Source of the DNA: an uncultured delta proteobacterium
GTDB taxonomy: Bacteria; Myxococcota_A; Polyangia; Haliangiales; Haliangiaceae
DNA: 64,000 bases
NCBI GenBank assembly: GCA_963848295.1
Contig: CAWKDB010000010.1
Location: 2,144,001 to 2,208,000 of the forward strand
Direction: 5' to 3'
Positions 61,025 through 64,000 of this stretch are shown here, piece by piece. Under the pieces are notes generated by a model. That model did not search any database and was not told the origin of the DNA. It worked only from the letters and a program-made list of their open reading frames with translations. Each line of letters begins with the position of its first letter. Position 1 is the stretch's first letter. The position numbers and the translations under genes were made by a program.

Positions 61025-62514
61025 AGATTCTCGAGCGTCAGCGCCACGGTGACGTGCGCCTTGGCGCCCGCGAGCTTCGGTAGCGCGAGCGTGGACACGA
61101 CGCTCGCGATGCAGCTACCGAGCGCCTGGTCGACGCCGGTGACCTTCGCGTTCGAGACCTTGCCGGAGCTGGCGATGTCGAACGCCACTTCCGGCTTCGC
61201 ATCGAGCGCGGGCGTCGTCGCGAGCGCTGTGGTGTAGCAGGCTAGCAGCGCGGGGTGATGGCTCGCGAGCGCGGTGCGAAGTGGACTGTTCGGGACGTCG
61301 CCGCCTTCGATCTTCGGGCGACCGAAGTGCGCGGTCGGAATGCGATGACCGCGGAGCGCGAGCTGATCGAGCGGCGGAAACATGCCGAGGCCGACCTCCG
61401 CGACGCCGGCGGCTTCGAGCGCGACGAGGGCATCGACGAGCTCTTGCGCGTCGACATCGCCGTCGACGAGCACGTCGACCGGCACCGATGCGTCGAGCTT
61501 GCGCTTCGCGCGAGCGGCGGTGATCGCAGCGCCGAGCGCTTTGATGTCGAGCTTGCCGGCGGTGAAGGCGATCGCCGCAGGCACGTCAGGGACGACCTCG
61601 ATCGCGGCGCCGTCGCGCTTCACGCGCACTTCGATCCAGCGTTCGCGATCGTCGCTGGATGCCACCGAGTCGGCGTCGCGCGGCGCCTTGAACGAGATGC
61701 GCAGCGCGCGGACCGAACCGTGTTGATTTACCGCGATCACGCCATCGGACAGGCCGATCGCCTTGATCAGGTTCGTCGCCTTCATCGTCGGCGAGGCGAG
61801 CAGCACGGCCCGCTCCCGGTTCAGGCTATCCGCCGCCACGATCTCGCCGCCGACGACACTGACCCGATCCGGCGAGGTGCCCGCGGGTGGCGCGGTCGTG
61901 CCCCAGCCGGTGCTCTTGTTCGAACCCACGAGCGATGCAAATGCGCCCGTGCGGCGGGCGGCGCTATGGGCCATCTTGGCCTTGTTCGCGCCGTCCTTCT
62001 TGCCCATCTTGCCTTCGTCGAGCGCCATCGCGGTGCCGGTCCCGCCGCTCTCTTCGTTGCCGTCGTCAGGCTTGTCCTCGTCGGGCGGCGGCGGCGGATC
62101 GTCTTGGTTCGCGGCGCCATGGCGCGTCGCGGTGTCCTCGACCGCGCCGAGGTCGGCCTTGCCATTGCTTGCGACGACCACATCGGCACCTTGAAGCTCG
62201 GCCATCTTCGTCGAGGGCTCGAGATTTTCGTAGCTGATCGACTTCGCAGACTTGGCCAAGTCGGGCGATGCGAGTCGCGCCCACGAGCTCGGCGGCACTG
62301 CGATCTTCGCGCCGGTATCGTCGACAAACGCGACGATCGCGACGTGCGGATCGTTCGTCATCACGGCAGACGCATCGTCGACGGTCGGCAGCGCGATCGC
62401 ACCGGCCTTCGGCGCCCCGCCACTACCAGCGCTCCCCGGTTGCGGTGCGGTTCCGACGTCACTGCCGCCGTGCGAGCACGCGGCGAACGCTACGAGCCAT
62501 GCGAGTTGCTTCAT
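61021..62514 (-). CDS. Lipoprotein with ExbD-like middle and AgmX/PglI (TonB-C-like) C-terminal domain
   Basis: [46 protein letters not shown]....V.F.I...G.V......CI. Confidence 0.65.
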   Translation of the reverse strand: MKQLAWLVAFAACSHGGSDVGTAPQPGSAGSGGAPKAGAIALPTVDDASAVMTNDPHVAIVAFVDDTGAKIAVPPSSWARLASPDLAKSAKSISYENLEPSTKMAELQGADVVVASNGKADLGAVEDTATRHGAANQDDPPPPPDEDKPDDGNEESGGTGTAMALDEGKMGKKDGANKAKMAHSAARRTGAFASLVGSNKSTGWGTTAPPAGTSPDRVSVVGGEIVAADSLNRERAVLLASPTMKATNLIKAIGLSDGVIAVNQHGSVRALRISFKAPRDADSVASSDDRERWIEVRVKRDGAAIEVVPDVPAAIAFTAGKLDIKALGAAITAARAKRKLDASVPVDVLVDGDVDAQELVDALVALEAAGVAEVGLGMFPPLDQLALRGHRIPTAHFGRPKIEGGDVPNSPLRTALASHHPALLACYTTALATTPALDAKPEVAFDIASSGKVSNAKVTGVDQALGSCIASVVSTLALPKLAGAKAHVTVALTLENL

Positions 62515-63902
62515 GCTTTGAGGGCCGTCACGACCTTTTCGATCGCGTCCTTCGCGTCGCCGAACAGCATCTTCGTGTTCGGCTTGTAGAACAGCGGATT
62601 GTCGATGCCCGCGTAGCCCGCCGCGCGCGACCGCTTGTTGACGATCACGAGCTTGGACTTCCACACCTGGAGCACCGGCATCCCGGCGATCGGGCTCGTC
62701 GGATCGTCCTCGGCGGCCGGGTTGACGATGTCGTTCGCGCCGATCACGATCGCGACGTCGGTGGTCGGGAAGTCGTGGTTGATCTCGTCCATCTCGAGCA
62801 CGATGTCGTAGGGCACGTTCGCCTCGGCGAGCAGCACGTTCATGTGACCTGGCAGGCGACCGGCGACCGGGTGGATCGCGAACCGGACGGTGACACCCTT
62901 GTCGCGCAGGACCTGCGTCAGCTCGCGCACCGCGTGTTGAGCGCGCGACACGGCCATGCCATAGCCCGGCACGATCACGACGGACTTCGATCCGAGCAGC
63001 GTCTGCGCCAGGGTCGGCACGTCGATCTCCTGGACCTCGCGGACCGGCGCGGCGGCATCGGTCTTCTTCTTCGCCGGCGGCGCCGCGCCGAAACCGCCGA
63101 AGATCACGTTCCAGATCGACCGGTTCATCGCGCGGCACATGATGTACGACAGGATCGCGCCGCTCGAACCGACGAGCGCACCGGTGATGATCAACAGGTC
63201 GTTGCTCAACATGAAGCCGGCCGCCGCGGCGGTCCACCCCGAGTAGCTGTTCAGCATCGACACGACGACCGGCATGTCCGCGCCGCCGATCGCGGCGACC
63301 AGGTGAACGCCGAGCACGCACGCGATCGCGGTCGCGGCGCCGAGCGCCCACGTCTGATGATCGCCGCCGAACAGGACGCCGAGCGTGACGATGCCGATCA
63401 ACATCGCCAGGTTGAAGTAGTGACGTGCGGGGAGCAGCAGCGGCTTGCCCGACACCGAGCCGCGCAACTTCAAGAACGCGAGCACCGAGCCGGTCGTCGT
63501 GATCGCGCCGATGATCACGTCGATGTAGACCTCGATGCCCTCCGCGCGACCTTCGATGCCGCGGAGCTGGAGCGAGAACCCCACCAGCACGGCGGCGATA
63601 CCGACGAAGCTGTGCAGCAGCGCGACCAACTCGGGCATCTGGGTCATGCCGACCCGGGTGGCGAGCGTCGCACCGATCAGCGCCGCGATCGCGATCGCGC
63701 CGAACAGCGCGGGGTTGAAGTGACTGCTCGGCAGCGTGAACGTCGCGACGACCGCGATGACCATGCCGACGATGCCGTAGACGTTGCCGCGCTTCGCGGT
63801 CTCCTGGCTGGAGAGTCCGCGCAGCGCGAGGATGAACAACACGCCGGAGACGATGTAGGCGAGCGATGACAGCGCGATGGCGTTGGTGAACTGGAGCTCC
63901 AT
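62511..63902 (-). CDS. pntB: NAD(P) transhydrogenase subunit beta
   Basis: [53 protein letters not shown]. Confidence 0.97.
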   Translation of the reverse strand: MELQFTNAIALSSLAYIVSGVLFILALRGLSSQETAKRGNVYGIVGMVIAVVATFTLPSSHFNPALFGAIAIAALIGATLATRVGMTQMPELVALLHSFVGIAAVLVGFSLQLRGIEGRAEGIEVYIDVIIGAITTTGSVLAFLKLRGSVSGKPLLLPARHYFNLAMLIGIVTLGVLFGGDHQTWALGAATAIACVLGVHLVAAIGGADMPVVVSMLNSYSGWTAAAAGFMLSNDLLIITGALVGSSGAILSYIMCRAMNRSIWNVIFGGFGAAPPAKKKTDAAAPVREVQEIDVPTLAQTLLGSKSVVIVPGYGMAVSRAQHAVRELTQVLRDKGVTVRFAIHPVAGRLPGHMNVLLAEANVPYDIVLEMDEINHDFPTTDVAIVIGANDIVNPAAEDDPTSPIAGMPVLQVWKSKLVIVNKRSRAAGYAGIDNPLFYKPNTKMLFGDAKDAIEKVVTALKA

Positions 63903-63905
63903 CGC

Positions 63906-64000
63906 TTACTTCCTGAACATCGCGAGCATGCGCCGGGTGACGATGAACCCGCCGGCGATGTTGATCGACGCGAACAGGGTCGCGACGACCGCAACCCCGA
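63906..64000 (-). CDS. pntA: NAD(P) transhydrogenase subunit alpha, C-terminal end (5' part outside window)
   Basis: ASINIAGGFIVTRRMLAMFRK*. Confidence 0.93.
   Translation of the reverse strand, partial: GVAVVATLFASINIAGGFIVTRRMLAMFRK

Overview
GC-rich bacterial chromosomal segment. Myxococcota (Kofleriaceae/Haliangiales-like) is inferred from a MYXO-CTERM-type tail, an AgmX/PglI-type C-terminal domain, three Hanks-type Ser/Thr kinases, ECF sigma/FecR modules and many Cys-rich lipoproteins. Ordinary content: a MacB-type ABC exporter with three adaptor genes plus TolC, a TonB-dependent receptor, MsrA, SDR, DJ-1/PfpI, a DUF1501/c-type-heme cluster, C1A and M13 peptidases, two OYE flavin reductases, two cNMP-DUF1003 proteins, MFS, TauE, BCP and pntAB. 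Less ordinary: (1) tRNA-Leu(TAG) followed by about 4.6 copies of a 140-bp hairpin-rich unit that carries the tRNA 3' end, with its T-loop split by a 38-bp insert; (2) a DUF222-like/HNH/RuvA-C-like endonuclease gene with repeated CCCACGTGGG-type palindromes upstream; (3) a DNA methyltransferase split by a 406-aa LAGLIDADG intein carrying a Zn-finger/HTH insert, next to a PD-(D/E)XK nuclease; (4) a 57-bp double-hairpin element inserted in frame, with a 6-bp duplication, in a metallophosphoesterase; (5) an AT-richer orphan toxin-tip/immunity relic; (6) an ECF sigma-DsbA fusion with an internal RBS; (7) widespread leaderless-type promoters. Several genes have small frameshifts that are probably long-read sequencing errors. 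All assignments were made by eye, without database searches.
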